A DNA stretch of 64,000 nucleotides, taken from contig CBDBKM010000010.1 in NCBI GenBank assembly GCA_965206695.1, forward strand, positions 224,001-288,000, written 5' to 3'. Positions 43,235 through 52,641 of this stretch are shown piece by piece. The position numbers and the translations under genes are program-made. The DNA comes from Chlamydiales bacterium (GTDB lineage Bacteria; Chlamydiota; Chlamydiia; Chlamydiales; JAAZZY01). The notes below the pieces were generated by a model. The model made no database searches, had not been told where the DNA came from, and saw nothing but the letters and a program-made list of their open reading frames with translations. Within the stretch, counting starts at the first letter, position 1; every line of letters begins with the position of its first letter.

Positions 43235-43528
43235 TTAACAGTTCCCAACCTCTAAAAAGGGAAGGAATTCCTCATTCACAGACCACAGCTAACAAAAGAG
43301 TTAGCCTAACATGATCTCCAAAGGCTTAAATTATCGACTGCCCTTCGGTATATACTCATTCACATTGGAAGCCGGACAGGATTGAGTTCCGGTACTTGAA
43401 ATGTATCATTCATTCGTGTCTTAAGCTTGTCCGGCTTCCAATGTGAATGAGTGTATACAAAATCAAAAAAAAACAAATAGACGCTCTCATCCCAATGCTA
43501 AAGCAAAGGATTTTCTCGCTTGATTATC
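43235..43528 (-). mobile_element. Gene-less IS605 derivative: right end (omega-RNA region) plus left end
   Basis: 43235-43350 resembles 30018-30132; 43458-43528 resembles 31614-31683; flanked by TTAT. Confidence 0.85.
43351..43455. mobile_element. MITE of about 105 bp with 28-bp terminal inverted repeats, TA-flanked (IS630-like)
   Basis: TATACTCATTCACATTGGAAGCCGGACA ... TGTCCGGCTTCCAATGTGAATGAGTGTA. Confidence 0.85.
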
Positions 43529-43620
43529 ATAAATACGAAAAAGATGATCATATTCGTGATCGTATTAAAGCGGTATTGCTATATGATAAAGGTTGGAGCT
43601 ATCAAAAAATAGCAGAAGGG
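43529..43620 (+). pseudogene. IS630 transposase N-terminal relic
   Basis: IRDRIKAVLLYDKGWSYQKIAE resembles IRDRIKAVLLSNKGWSNTRIAE of 52655-53677. Confidence 0.75.
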
Positions 43621-43791
43621 GCGTGTTGCGATCCGGCTAAAGTTTTAAAGATAGTTATGCCTACATTCTGTCAAATTTTTCGATTTGCAATATCAAATCG
43701 TTATAAATCGCCTCATCATCCCTTAAAAACATACAATTAAAAAATAAGAAAAGAATATTTTTATAAAAAAAAGAAAAAAATCGGTAGTAAA

Positions 43792-44736
43792 TTATCGATT
43801 TTTTTGACCGGGAAATTGCCATGAGTCTAAAAAGACATCCACACAATTAAAAATAAGATTAAGCGTTTTTTGCTTTTCATCTAAATGAGGATTATATTCG
43901 ACAACTTCAAAAGCTTGTAATGAGGGATGATGACAAATTTCTTTTAAAGCATCGAGCATTTCAAGGGGATTAACTCCTCCGGATGCAGGGCTTCCAACCC
44001 CGGGAGCATGAATAGGATCGAAGACATCAACATCGAGACTTATCCCAAATCCACACGTACCATTAGTGGCTATTGCCAAGGCATTTTTAAAGGCTTGTTT
44101 TAAGCCGGTTTGTTCTAAGTCCTCCATATAAAAAATTTTTATTCCCAGCCGATTCAAGAGAGATTGTTCACCTTCTTCATAGGAACGAATACCGATAAGG
44201 CATAAATTTTTAGGGGATAAAACAGAAGAGTTCCTCTCGTAATGAGTAAATACTTTGGGGCCATAACCCAAAAGGGAGGCCACAGGCATACCATGCCGGG
44301 CATTAGAAGGGGTTGTTTGAGGAGTATGAGCGTCCATATGAGCATCAATCCAAATCATACCTATAGGTTTGGAGTTTTTTTCTCTTAATGCTTTGGATAT
44401 TCCATGCCACGAACCAATGGCAATGCTATGATCACCACCGAAAATTATAGGAAAAGATCGGTTCTTTATACTCTGATAGGTTGCTTTAGCAAGTCGATGA
44501 TTATGTTCTACAATAACAGGAAGGATGTCTTGTGTAGGTAAAATTGTTTCTTTGAAAAGGTGAGAAGACCGGGTTATTTGCCAGTTTGCGGATAAACCCT
44601 TTTTTTGAAGTTTATTTAGAATATGATAACCAAGTATAGCTTGGGGTCCATCTTCACAACCTTTTATTTGGGCTCCCCACCCGGAGGCTGCGCCAATTAA
44701 AGTCACATTTTGCATTGAAAAAGTCTTATATGTCAA
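43792..44736 (-). CDS. Arginase (ureohydrolase family)
   Basis: GGDHSIA, WIDAHMD, HGMPV, SLDVDVFDP, VEYNP. Confidence 0.9.
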   Translation of the reverse strand: MTYKTFSMQNVTLIGAASGWGAQIKGCEDGPQAILGYHILNKLQKKGLSANWQITRSSHLFKETILPTQDILPVIVEHNHRLAKATYQSIKNRSFPIIFGGDHSIAIGSWHGISKALREKNSKPIGMIWIDAHMDAHTPQTTPSNARHGMPVASLLGYGPKVFTHYERNSSVLSPKNLCLIGIRSYEEGEQSLLNRLGIKIFYMEDLEQTGLKQAFKNALAIATNGTCGFGISLDVDVFDPIHAPGVGSPASGGVNPLEMLDALKEICHHPSLQAFEVVEYNPHLDEKQKTLNLIFNCVDVFLDSWQFPGQKNR

Positions 44737-44885
44737 AAAAATTGACGTTAGGTCTCTTTTGTTTCCCTGTCAAGTGTTTCCGGAAAAAATAAGCTGGTTT
44801 GAAAGAAGTTATTTTGCTAGCATTTTTTGTTTTATTAAGTAAAGCATCCCGACTGAGTAACTAATTTTAAGAGGAAACCGTCTCT

Positions 44886-47240
44886 ATGTTGCAATTTTTG
44901 CGTCGCTATCAACGTATTTTTTTCTTTGCTATCACATTTTTTATAGTCATCAGTTTTGTTTTTTTTGGTGTTTCTCCTAGTCATACACCACGATTTGCTG
45001 ATAAAATTATAGGCAAGTCAATTGCCGGAAAGAAAATAAAACATTCAGAGGTGCAATCATTAGCGTTTCTTTTAAATAGTAATAATGGAGATCATTTATT
45101 TATAAGGGGATTAGGTCCGCATTTTTCTCCAAATGAAATCCTTATCAAGGATTTTTTAGAGGATGGTCTTGCTGAACTCTTAGTAGAGCAATATGGTGAT
45201 CATCTAAGCGCAGATCTTGAATCAAGGCTCGAAAAGGAAAAAAACTTTATTCCTTATGTTCACCCTAATGCTTCCTTTATTAAAGCCGGTGATATTTGGG
45301 CCCGTTTTAATCCAAATTTGAATCAAAAATTAACTCAGATAAAAAGAAATACGGATGCCACAAGTAAAACGGCTTTTAAGGAGAGAGTAACTCTCTTTCT
45401 TCAAGAGAAACAGTTTCCATGTTTTGTATTATGGCAAGTTATTAAATACCAAGAACAAGATTATGATTGGTTAAAACCGGATCAAAATTTGCTGCCACAA
45501 AATTTATCGCTGTTCCATTATCAAAGTATAGAAGACTGGTTTGGCCCAACTTTTTTACAACTTGTCAGCCAATTTATTATCAATGCTGCTGATTTAGCAG
45601 AGTCGAAAGGTTATCAAGTCTCATATGATGAAGCTTTACTTGACTTACAAATGCAAAATGAAAATAGTTTTCGCCAATTAATATCGCTAGGTCATTCGCA
45701 AATTTCATCTAGCCAAGAGTTATGGCAGTTAAAACTAAATCGTTTAGGATTGGATAAAACTGTCTGGGTAAAACTTTGGCAAAAAGTTCTGTTATTCCGT
45801 CGTCTTTTTGATGAAATAGGAAATTCTGTATTTTTAGATCCTTTAATAGTTGAAAAGTTTGAAAGTTATGCTAATGAAGCTATTGAAGTTGATAATTATC
45901 AACTACCAAATGCCTTAAGGTTTCATCATTTCGATGATGTAAAAAAATTTGAGATGTATTTACATGCAACGGCAAATAAAGCATTTGATTCAAAAGATCC
46001 TTTAGAGATTCCGACATCATATTCATCTTTAGAAAGTATCGAGGAATCCTTTCCCGAATTAGTTCAGCAACATTATACCTTGAAGGTTAAAGAGTTGAAT
46101 AGAAGTCATCTTAAACTTAAAATAGGTATACGTGAAGTCTGGGATTGGGAACTGGAGGAAGGTAATTTTGATGAGTTAAAATCCATCTTTCCTGTGTTGG
46201 CAAAGGCCGAGATTGTAGATGAGCAAGCTCGCTTTGATCTTTTAGAAAATTTAGATGAACGTACAAGAGTGCGTATTGATGAAATAGCTCGGGAGAGTAT
46301 TCTAGCAAAACATTTAAATTGGCTTGATGAAGCAATGGATCATGCGAATGAAAAGGAAATATCTTTGAATATATCTTCTAGAGTAGGAGATTTGCCGTTT
46401 AAAGGGAGCTTCGATCAAGAAAAAAAGCAACAGTTTATGAAATTATTGAATAAAGCGAGCTCTTCAATAGATGAAGAGGCGACCTTCTCTTTTGTATTTG
46501 ATGATGAAACATTTTACCGGTTCAAAATCGTTGATAAAGGTGAATCTAAAGAGATTCTTTCCTTTGAGACAGCCTTGCAAAATAAGACATTAGATAAGCT
46601 CTTAGATAAAGAGTTGCAAAAGCACTATTATAGTCTCATTGATTTGAATGCTAAATTATTTAAATCTGAGACAGGGTTGCGAAAGAGTTTTGATGAAGTT
46701 AAGGATGAAGTTGCCGAGATGCTTTTTGCTCCATTAAAAGAAGCGATTAAAAAAGATTATTTTTCTGTTAATCAGAATAAGGCAACGATGCTTGAAGCTC
46801 CCGGTTTTTATGCGAGTCATCGATTCTTTGCTTATATGAGAGAAAAACTAAACGGTCTAATGCAGGATAGCTATTTACAGGATGTAGCTTCTATAGGTTT
46901 AGGGGATCAATTTCATATATTAAAAGAAGAGAAGAGGATTGGGCGAGGAGAGCATTCTCAATATGATAAAGCCCACGTATTTTCAAAGGAGGCAGGGGAT
47001 TACTCTTCTGTTTTTCATCCTCTTGATGGAGATGTAAGTTTTATTCATATCAAAAATCGTATTCCTTTAAATGACGGTAACCATGCTTTTCTTCATGAAG
47101 TTAAACAAGAGCTTGCCAACGATACGAAACGTTGTTTTATGCAATCTGTTTTAACGACTATCAAGGAAAAACGAGCAATTCATTTTGATGGCCTTCAAGA
47201 ACTTGTTGAAACTGAGGATGATGTCGGAGACGGCGGCTAA
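44886..47240 (+). CDS. Conserved chlamydial membrane-anchored protein (CT283-like; PpiD/SurA-like N-terminus)
   Basis: MLQFLRRYQR plus TM anchor; position between lipoate ligase and gcvH. Confidence 0.55.
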   Translation: MLQFLRRYQRIFFFAITFFIVISFVFFGVSPSHTPRFADKIIGKSIAGKKIKHSEVQSLAFLLNSNNGDHLFIRGLGPHFSPNEILIKDFLEDGLAELLVEQYGDHLSADLESRLEKEKNFIPYVHPNASFIKAGDIWARFNPNLNQKLTQIKRNTDATSKTAFKERVTLFLQEKQFPCFVLWQVIKYQEQDYDWLKPDQNLLPQNLSLFHYQSIEDWFGPTFLQLVSQFIINAADLAESKGYQVSYDEALLDLQMQNENSFRQLISLGHSQISSSQELWQLKLNRLGLDKTVWVKLWQKVLLFRRLFDEIGNSVFLDPLIVEKFESYANEAIEVDNYQLPNALRFHHFDDVKKFEMYLHATANKAFDSKDPLEIPTSYSSLESIEESFPELVQQHYTLKVKELNRSHLKLKIGIREVWDWELEEGNFDELKSIFPVLAKAEIVDEQARFDLLENLDERTRVRIDEIARESILAKHLNWLDEAMDHANEKEISLNISSRVGDLPFKGSFDQEKKQQFMKLLNKASSSIDEEATFSFVFDDETFYRFKIVDKGESKEILSFETALQNKTLDKLLDKELQKHYYSLIDLNAKLFKSETGLRKSFDEVKDEVAEMLFAPLKEAIKKDYFSVNQNKATMLEAPGFYASHRFFAYMREKLNGLMQDSYLQDVASIGLGDQFHILKEEKRIGRGEHSQYDKAHVFSKEAGDYSSVFHPLDGDVSFIHIKNRIPLNDGNHAFLHEVKQELANDTKRCFMQSVLTTIKEKRAIHFDGLQELVETEDDVGDGG

Positions 47241-47492
47241 TATTCGAAACCGTTGATTACATCAACTACCCGCATCGTGCAGGTTTTCTCATTGCGCTTT
47301 TTGTTCCTTATTCACGATTGATCCTCATTAAAAATAACATCTAAAGTCCAATGAAGCCGGTTTTCTATTCCCCAATGATTATGGATAGCGGCTGTTATTT
47401 GCTTGGCATTTGCAGAAAGACTCGATATTGCTTTTTATCATGAAGCCATGATATATCTGATGTCACATAACAAGTCCTTATGCGTTGATTAC

Positions 47493-48996
47493 CGGATCCT
47501 CCCGTTAAAAAGATATTTTTATAAAATGACTTCTAAAAATAAAGATCGATAATTTTTGGAATAAAAAACATCCTACCGATAAAGTCATCTCGGCTCACCC
47601 TCGATAAAAAAAAGTATACCCTTTAGAATCAAGACATTTTTTTGCACTCGGCTCATTATGAAGTATCGAATAGATCTTTTAACTTCGCTCCTTTTTTATG
47701 TGCTATACATGTAAACAAATCTACCCGTGAATCAATATAAAAAATTAAAAATAAAGATCTTAGACGAGACCATAATACAATCTTTCTTTTCATTTTCTTT
47801 AATGCGTTTTGAAATAATCCGCAACATCTTTGCTGTACTTGACCCAATAAAAATGCCAAAAACATAAGTAACCCTAAAACATGACTGAGGTGTTTACAAC
47901 CATGCCCAAAATTATGTTCAAATTGATAGCCTTGCTTCTTAAGAGTATTAAACGTTTCATTTTCTATTTTCCGGCTTGCTCTACCTCCTTTTGCCGGGTG
48001 ATATACATTCTCTGTAGTTACCGTAATATCAGTCATCCAAGAAAAATGCCTTTTTTATCTGTTATCATACAATCAATAAAATTTAATTCTAAATCATGAT
48101 GTTTATCATTGAGAGGAACACCGTTATAAAAACTAGGTTCTACGACTTCCTTGTCTGTTGTTATCGTTTTTCTCTTAAGAGGGGCTCCTTTTACCAAGCG
48201 AATAAACCGGGATTACCCGGCGGTTTAGCTCCTACGATAAAGTGAGCTCCTATTGCCAAAATTTTTTGCAGATAAGGGCCTTTTGCAGACAATGCATCTT
48301 CCGTAAAAATGACTTCCAAACGGGAATGTTCTTTTTGAAAATCGTTTTTAGTACTACCGTCTAATTTAGAGATCGGTTCGAGGCATAAAGGAAACACTTC
48401 TTTCCGGTCGGGATGAATAACTACTGCATCTAACATCTGATGATAATTAAGTCATACGACCGTCTCTAGAATGTTTTTCACAACAATTATCACAATGAAC
48501 AGATGCTGAAGAAAACATACCCGTTCCGTCACACGCAATTAAAAGATACTTATTCAAAAATGTGTAATCTTCAAAAACGTTTCCTCTTTGAAGAAGAGAG
48601 AATACGGCAGTAAAAGCAGGTCTAATCCATCGAGAATCAACTTGCTCAAGTCGTTCTCTCATACAAGTATCGGAAGGAATATTTGTAATATTGTAAAAAG
48701 TGCTTAAATTATGTTGAATGATCTCATCTTGACGTCCTTCATCGAATTGTAGAAGTGAAGGAAACTAAACCGGACATCAAACAATCAGATAATGCAATTG
48801 TTGCTTTTAAACCTCTTGCATCTCGGTCTTTATTGGGAATCTTATTAAATACGGAACGAACCTTTAACAACATCCCTTTAGCCGAAAGCCGAGTTTTCTC
48901 AATAGAATGCACTGCCGTATTTTTTTCTCCATTTTAAAAAAAATAATGAAAAAAAAGTATACATCATTGCGAAAAATTATTTAACGGGAATTGCTG
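47493..48996 (-). mobile_element. Degraded ISNCY-type element with fragmented transposase
   Basis: GTTGATTAC duplicated on both flanks; ends CGGATCCTCCCGT/ACGGGAATTGCTG; DGTG and KIENETFNTLK.QGY.FEHNFGHG motifs across four ORF pieces. Confidence 0.8.
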
Positions 48997-49149
48997 GTTG
49001 ATTACCTCCATTATGGACAAGATTGTAGTATGTTGATAGTATGGGAAAACTAAATGAATATACAATTAGGAAGTAGATCCAAAATCAAAAAAAACAAATA
49101 AATGCTTTCATTCTAATGCTAAAGCAAGGAGTTTTCTCGCTTAATTGTC
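48997..49149 (+). mobile_element. IS200/IS605 left end with tnpA 3' relic
   Basis: LPPLWTR...VDSMGKLNEYTIRK; ends ...TTAATTGTC|ATAA. Confidence 0.8.
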
Positions 49150-49224
49150 ATAAGAAATAAATTGTAAGAAGCGAGAGTTGTTTCTTTGCCTTTCATTAAA
49201 AATCATTGAATTGAAGAGGATAGT

Positions 49225-49581
49225 ATGAAATTCACAGAATCACATGAGTGGATTAAATTAGATAGTGGGCTAATTGGTGTAACTCAACATGCTCAATCTG
49301 AGTTAGGTGATATTGTTTATATTGAATTGCCGGAAGTAGGGAGTAAAATAAATATAAATGATGAATTAGCCGTTTTAGAATCTACCAAAGCAGCTGCCGA
49401 TGTTTATTCTCCTGTATCAGGTAAGATTGTAGCTGTAAATGAAAAGCTAGAGGAGTTTCCTGAGCTTATTAATCGTTCCCCGGAAGATGAAGGCTGGTTA
49501 GTTAAAATTAAGATAGATGAGATCCCGGAGACAAGTTTATTATCTTATACAGAATATAAGGAGTTATTGAGTCAAGGCTAA
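49225..49581 (+). CDS. gcvH: Glycine cleavage system H protein
   Basis: SHEWI, LGDIVYIELP, ESTKAAADVYSPVSG (lipoyl Lys). Confidence 0.95.
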   Translation: MKFTESHEWIKLDSGLIGVTQHAQSELGDIVYIELPEVGSKININDELAVLESTKAAADVYSPVSGKIVAVNEKLEEFPELINRSPEDEGWLVKIKIDEIPETSLLSYTEYKELLSQG

Positions 49582-49719
49582 TGAATTTTATCCTTGAACC
49601 GGCGGCTAATGTTGTCATATGACAATCCGACTCGTGCAAGATGCCGGCTAAATGCAATTCATCTTTAAAAATTGACTCTAACTGTTCGTGCTGTATCATT
49701 TATTCTTTACTTTCCATTT

Positions 49720-49986
49720 TTATTTTCCTTCGCATCCTGCGAGATAATTTTTATAAAATCCATCTTTATCCATTTCAACCTCAAAAGTCTGTTCATCTGT
49801 TACTTTACCAACAGACAACTCTAATGAGTGCAGCTTAGCTTCTAGCAGATAAATCCTGTCGATAAGATCATACTCCCTCTGGAGCTTTTTATTTTGTCTC
49901 TCTTCTTTGTTTGATCGGCGTACTTCTCTGAAAGCCATTCCGAAACAAAAAAGGATTGTGCATATAAATGCAACTGTAAAACTCAT
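49720..49986 (-). CDS. Hypothetical protein (N-terminal TM plus coiled coil)
   Basis: RBS GGGG, hydrophobic N-terminus; part of a foreign-looking islet. Confidence 0.55.
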   Translation of the reverse strand: MSFTVAFICTILFCFGMAFREVRRSNKEERQNKKLQREYDLIDRIYLLEAKLHSLELSVGKVTDEQTFEVEMDKDGFYKNYLAGCEGK

Positions 49987-49995
49987 GATTACCCC

Positions 49996-50388
49996 TTAAT
50001 ATAATTCTTCTAATTTTTCTTTAAATGACAAACTAAAACCATCTTTGCTTAATAAATAAAGCTCTTTAGTTTTTTTGTTGAACACAATATAACCAGTAGG
50101 ATTAATGCCCTCCCATCCATTTCTCACTGCCATTAGATGATCGATTAATTCTATTGAGCAACCCTGTCTATACTGATTGATAATATCCGGCAGATACCTG
50201 TCAAAGTCTACTTTACTTATCATTAACTTAATGCCATGTCCCATCTTTACAGTAAAAAATCTGACTTGTTTATTATTTAAATAATCTTCTAGTGCTATCG
50301 CACACAATGTGCTATAAGATTCTTGTTGCAACATAACACTATCCCTTTTTTGTGTCATTATAACCGAATTCCTCAGATTACTCTCCAA
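49996..50388 (-). CDS. Hypothetical protein
   Basis: 130-aa ORF with no recognised motif. Confidence 0.5.
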   Translation of the reverse strand: MESNLRNSVIMTQKRDSVMLQQESYSTLCAIALEDYLNNKQVRFFTVKMGHGIKLMISKVDFDRYLPDIINQYRQGCSIELIDHLMAVRNGWEGINPTGYIVFNKKTKELYLLSKDGFSLSFKEKLEELY

Positions 50389-50793
50389 AGATACCCTTTC
50401 ATTTTTACCTTAAAACTTTAATTAACTATAACTAACAATATAGACTTAATTAAAATTTATTTAATGCAATAAAAATAATTATTTTAATTAATTAATTAAA
50501 TTATTATATATTTTATAGATAAGATTAAAGTTTTATTTAATATATTTAAATAAACTTTTAATTAATAAAATGCTTGATGTATGTGTGTTTTGTGTGTGTG
50601 TGATTAAACAATTAATATTTTAATTATTATTAAATTATTAATTATAATATAAATAATTTTTTTTAATAATAAAAATTTTAAGTACTCGTCTTTTTTAAAG
50701 GGGTGAGGGTGGCCTTAAGTTTATGTAGTGGTTCTTTATTATTATGACAATTAAACGAGAAAACCCACCTTTTTAAGAGTGGGATGAAAGTGT

Positions 50794-51198
50794 CTATTTG
50801 TTTTTTTGATTCCGTATATACTTTCTGATTGTATATTCATTTAATTTTCCAACACTATCAACATAATAAGACCGTGTCCACAGTGTGGGTAACCCGGATC
50901 TTAAGCTTGAAAATTCTTGCCTTAATATTCGGCTTGTATATCCCTTAAGTTGTCCTATGAAAAATTGTGGTGAATATATAGGCTTGGTATTTAAAAAAAT
51001 ATGTACGTGATCAGGCATAATATTCAGTTCGTTAATCTCTATATTTAGTTGTAGAGCTTTTAATTCTAATAATTCCTTTAAACGAACAACAATATCACCT
51101 TCAAGAACCTTTCTCCTATATTTAGGACACCAAATAACATGGTAACTAAGGTTAAAAATTGCTGTTTTAGAGGTTTTTCATCTTTCCGGATAGACAAT
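50794..51198 (-). pseudogene. tnpA: TnpA with early TGA (51178-51180)
   Basis: Same frame as copy 1, but the codon that is CGG there is TGA here. Confidence 0.75.
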
Positions 51199-51218
51199 AT
51201 ATATGTACCGGACATATA

Positions 51219-52322
51219 ATGCAATACATGATGATCAAAAAAGCATATAAATTCAGATTCTATCCAACGAAAAAACAAAAGGAGTTGCTTGCAAAAAGCT
51301 TTGGATGTTCTAGAGTTGTATATAATCAAGCTTTAAATTTTAAGATCAAGAAATATCAGGAATACAAAGAGAATGTAAGTTATTCTAAAACATCGGCATT
51401 CTTGACAAGTCTTAAGCAAAACAAAGAGTTTCTTTGGTTAAACGAAGTTTCTTCTGTTTGTCTGCAACAAAGTCTTAGAGATCTTGATAGAGCTTTTTTA
51501 AACTTTTTTAAAAAAAGGTCAAATTTCCCTCGCTTTAAAAACAAACACAGTACGCAGGCAATACGATTAACTAAGTCAGCATTTAGTTGGGATGGGGTTA
51601 ATCTTAAGATTGCAAAATCTAAAGACAGATTAAAAATACATTGGTCAAGGTGTTTTTTAGGTACACCAACAGGTATAACAATCACAAAAGACTCTTGTGA
51701 CAGGTATTTTGTGAGCCTATTAGTAGAAGAAGAAGTGATCCCTTTTGAGAAGAGAAATAATTCTGTCGGTATAGATTTAGGATTAACGACATTCGCAACT
51801 CTTTCTACAGGGAAAAAGATTACGGCACCTAAACCTTTTAGATTTCATAAGAAAAGACTAAAAAGAAAACAACGTTCTCTTAGCAAAGCTAAAGTCAAAG
51901 GTAAAAACAGACTCAAAAAAAGAAGATCGGTGGCTTCGATACATTCGAAGATAAAAAATATAAGGCAGGACTTTCATCATAAACTTTCTACAAAGTTGGC
52001 TCGTGAAAACCAAACGATCACGATAGAAGGGTTAAATATTAATAAGATGTTAAAAAATAAAAAACTTTCCAAGCATATATCGGATGCAGGATGGAGCCGG
52101 TTTTTAACATTTTTAAAGTATAAGTGTGAATGGTACGGAAGAAATATAGTGGAATTAGATCAATTTTTTGCCGGTTCAAAACTATGCTCTGCCTGCCGGT
52201 ACCAAATAGAAATTTTAGATTTAAGTGTGAGAAGTTGGCAGTGTCCAAACTGCAAAGTAACACACGATAGAGATCTTAATGCATCTATTAATCTCGATAC
52301 CGCAGGGCAGTCGGTAATTTAA
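51219..52322 (+). CDS. tnpB: RNA-guided endonuclease TnpB
   Basis: RuvC D/E/D motifs (GIDLG, IEGL, DRDLNA) and zinc finger present. Confidence 0.95.
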   Translation: MQYMMIKKAYKFRFYPTKKQKELLAKSFGCSRVVYNQALNFKIKKYQEYKENVSYSKTSAFLTSLKQNKEFLWLNEVSSVCLQQSLRDLDRAFLNFFKKRSNFPRFKNKHSTQAIRLTKSAFSWDGVNLKIAKSKDRLKIHWSRCFLGTPTGITITKDSCDRYFVSLLVEEEVIPFEKRNNSVGIDLGLTTFATLSTGKKITAPKPFRFHKKRLKRKQRSLSKAKVKGKNRLKKRRSVASIHSKIKNIRQDFHHKLSTKLARENQTITIEGLNINKMLKNKKLSKHISDAGWSRFLTFLKYKCEWYGRNIVELDQFFAGSKLCSACRYQIEILDLSVRSWQCPNCKVTHDRDLNASINLDTAGQSVI

Positions 52323-52430
52323 GCCTTTGGAGATCATGTTAGACTAGCTTGTTTGTTAGCAGTGGTCGATGAATTAGGAATCCCTTCCCTTTAGGGTTGG
52401 GAGCTGTCAAAATACTATTAACTCTTTCTA
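52290..52430 (+). ncRNA. Predicted TnpB omega/reRNA (scaffold ends at 52410; guide AATACTATTAACTCTT...)
   Basis: Structured right end; inferred from known TnpB biology, 5' end uncertain. Confidence 0.6.
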
Positions 52431-52496
52431 GAAAAACCCCCAAAAACCAACTTAATTAACTAAATTAATTGGTGGTTATTTGTTGACCCGGCTGGC

Positions 52497-52640
52497 TTAG
52501 TCATTTTTATTTCCTGCAATGGAGATGTCTTGGCAAGGGAATCCCCCATACAGGATGTCGATATCTCCAATCTCATTTGTCGGGAATGTTTTGATATCAT
52601 CCCAGATGGGAGCTTCATAGATGTCTTTACTGAGCATTCT
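52497..52640 (-). pseudogene. C5-cytosine DNA methyltransferase fragment
   Basis: Reads APIWDDIKTF...DIDILYGGFPCQDISIAG (motif IV, catalytic Cys), then a stop; 5' part cut by IS630. Confidence 0.85.
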
Positions 52641-52641
52641 A

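Larger units (their letters stand above)
50746..52410 (+). mobile_element. IS200/IS605-family element (tnpA + tnpB), copy 2
   Basis: TTAT|GACAATT left end, right end ...GCTGTCAA; near-identical to copy 1. Confidence 0.95.

Noticed and set aside
28413..43740. ORFs 28413-28661, 36509-36859 and 43447-43740 as novel fusion proteins
   Set aside because: Each is an accidental read-through across junctions of IS relics.
47260..47300. ATCAACTACCCG resembling an IscB-type omega-RNA start or another IS200/IS605 end
   Set aside because: The match is short and no iscB/isrB ORF is adjacent; it cannot be supported by eye.
50577..50602. (GT)n microsatellite as a phase-variation switch
   Set aside because: Short, interrupted, and not in a recognisable gene or promoter.
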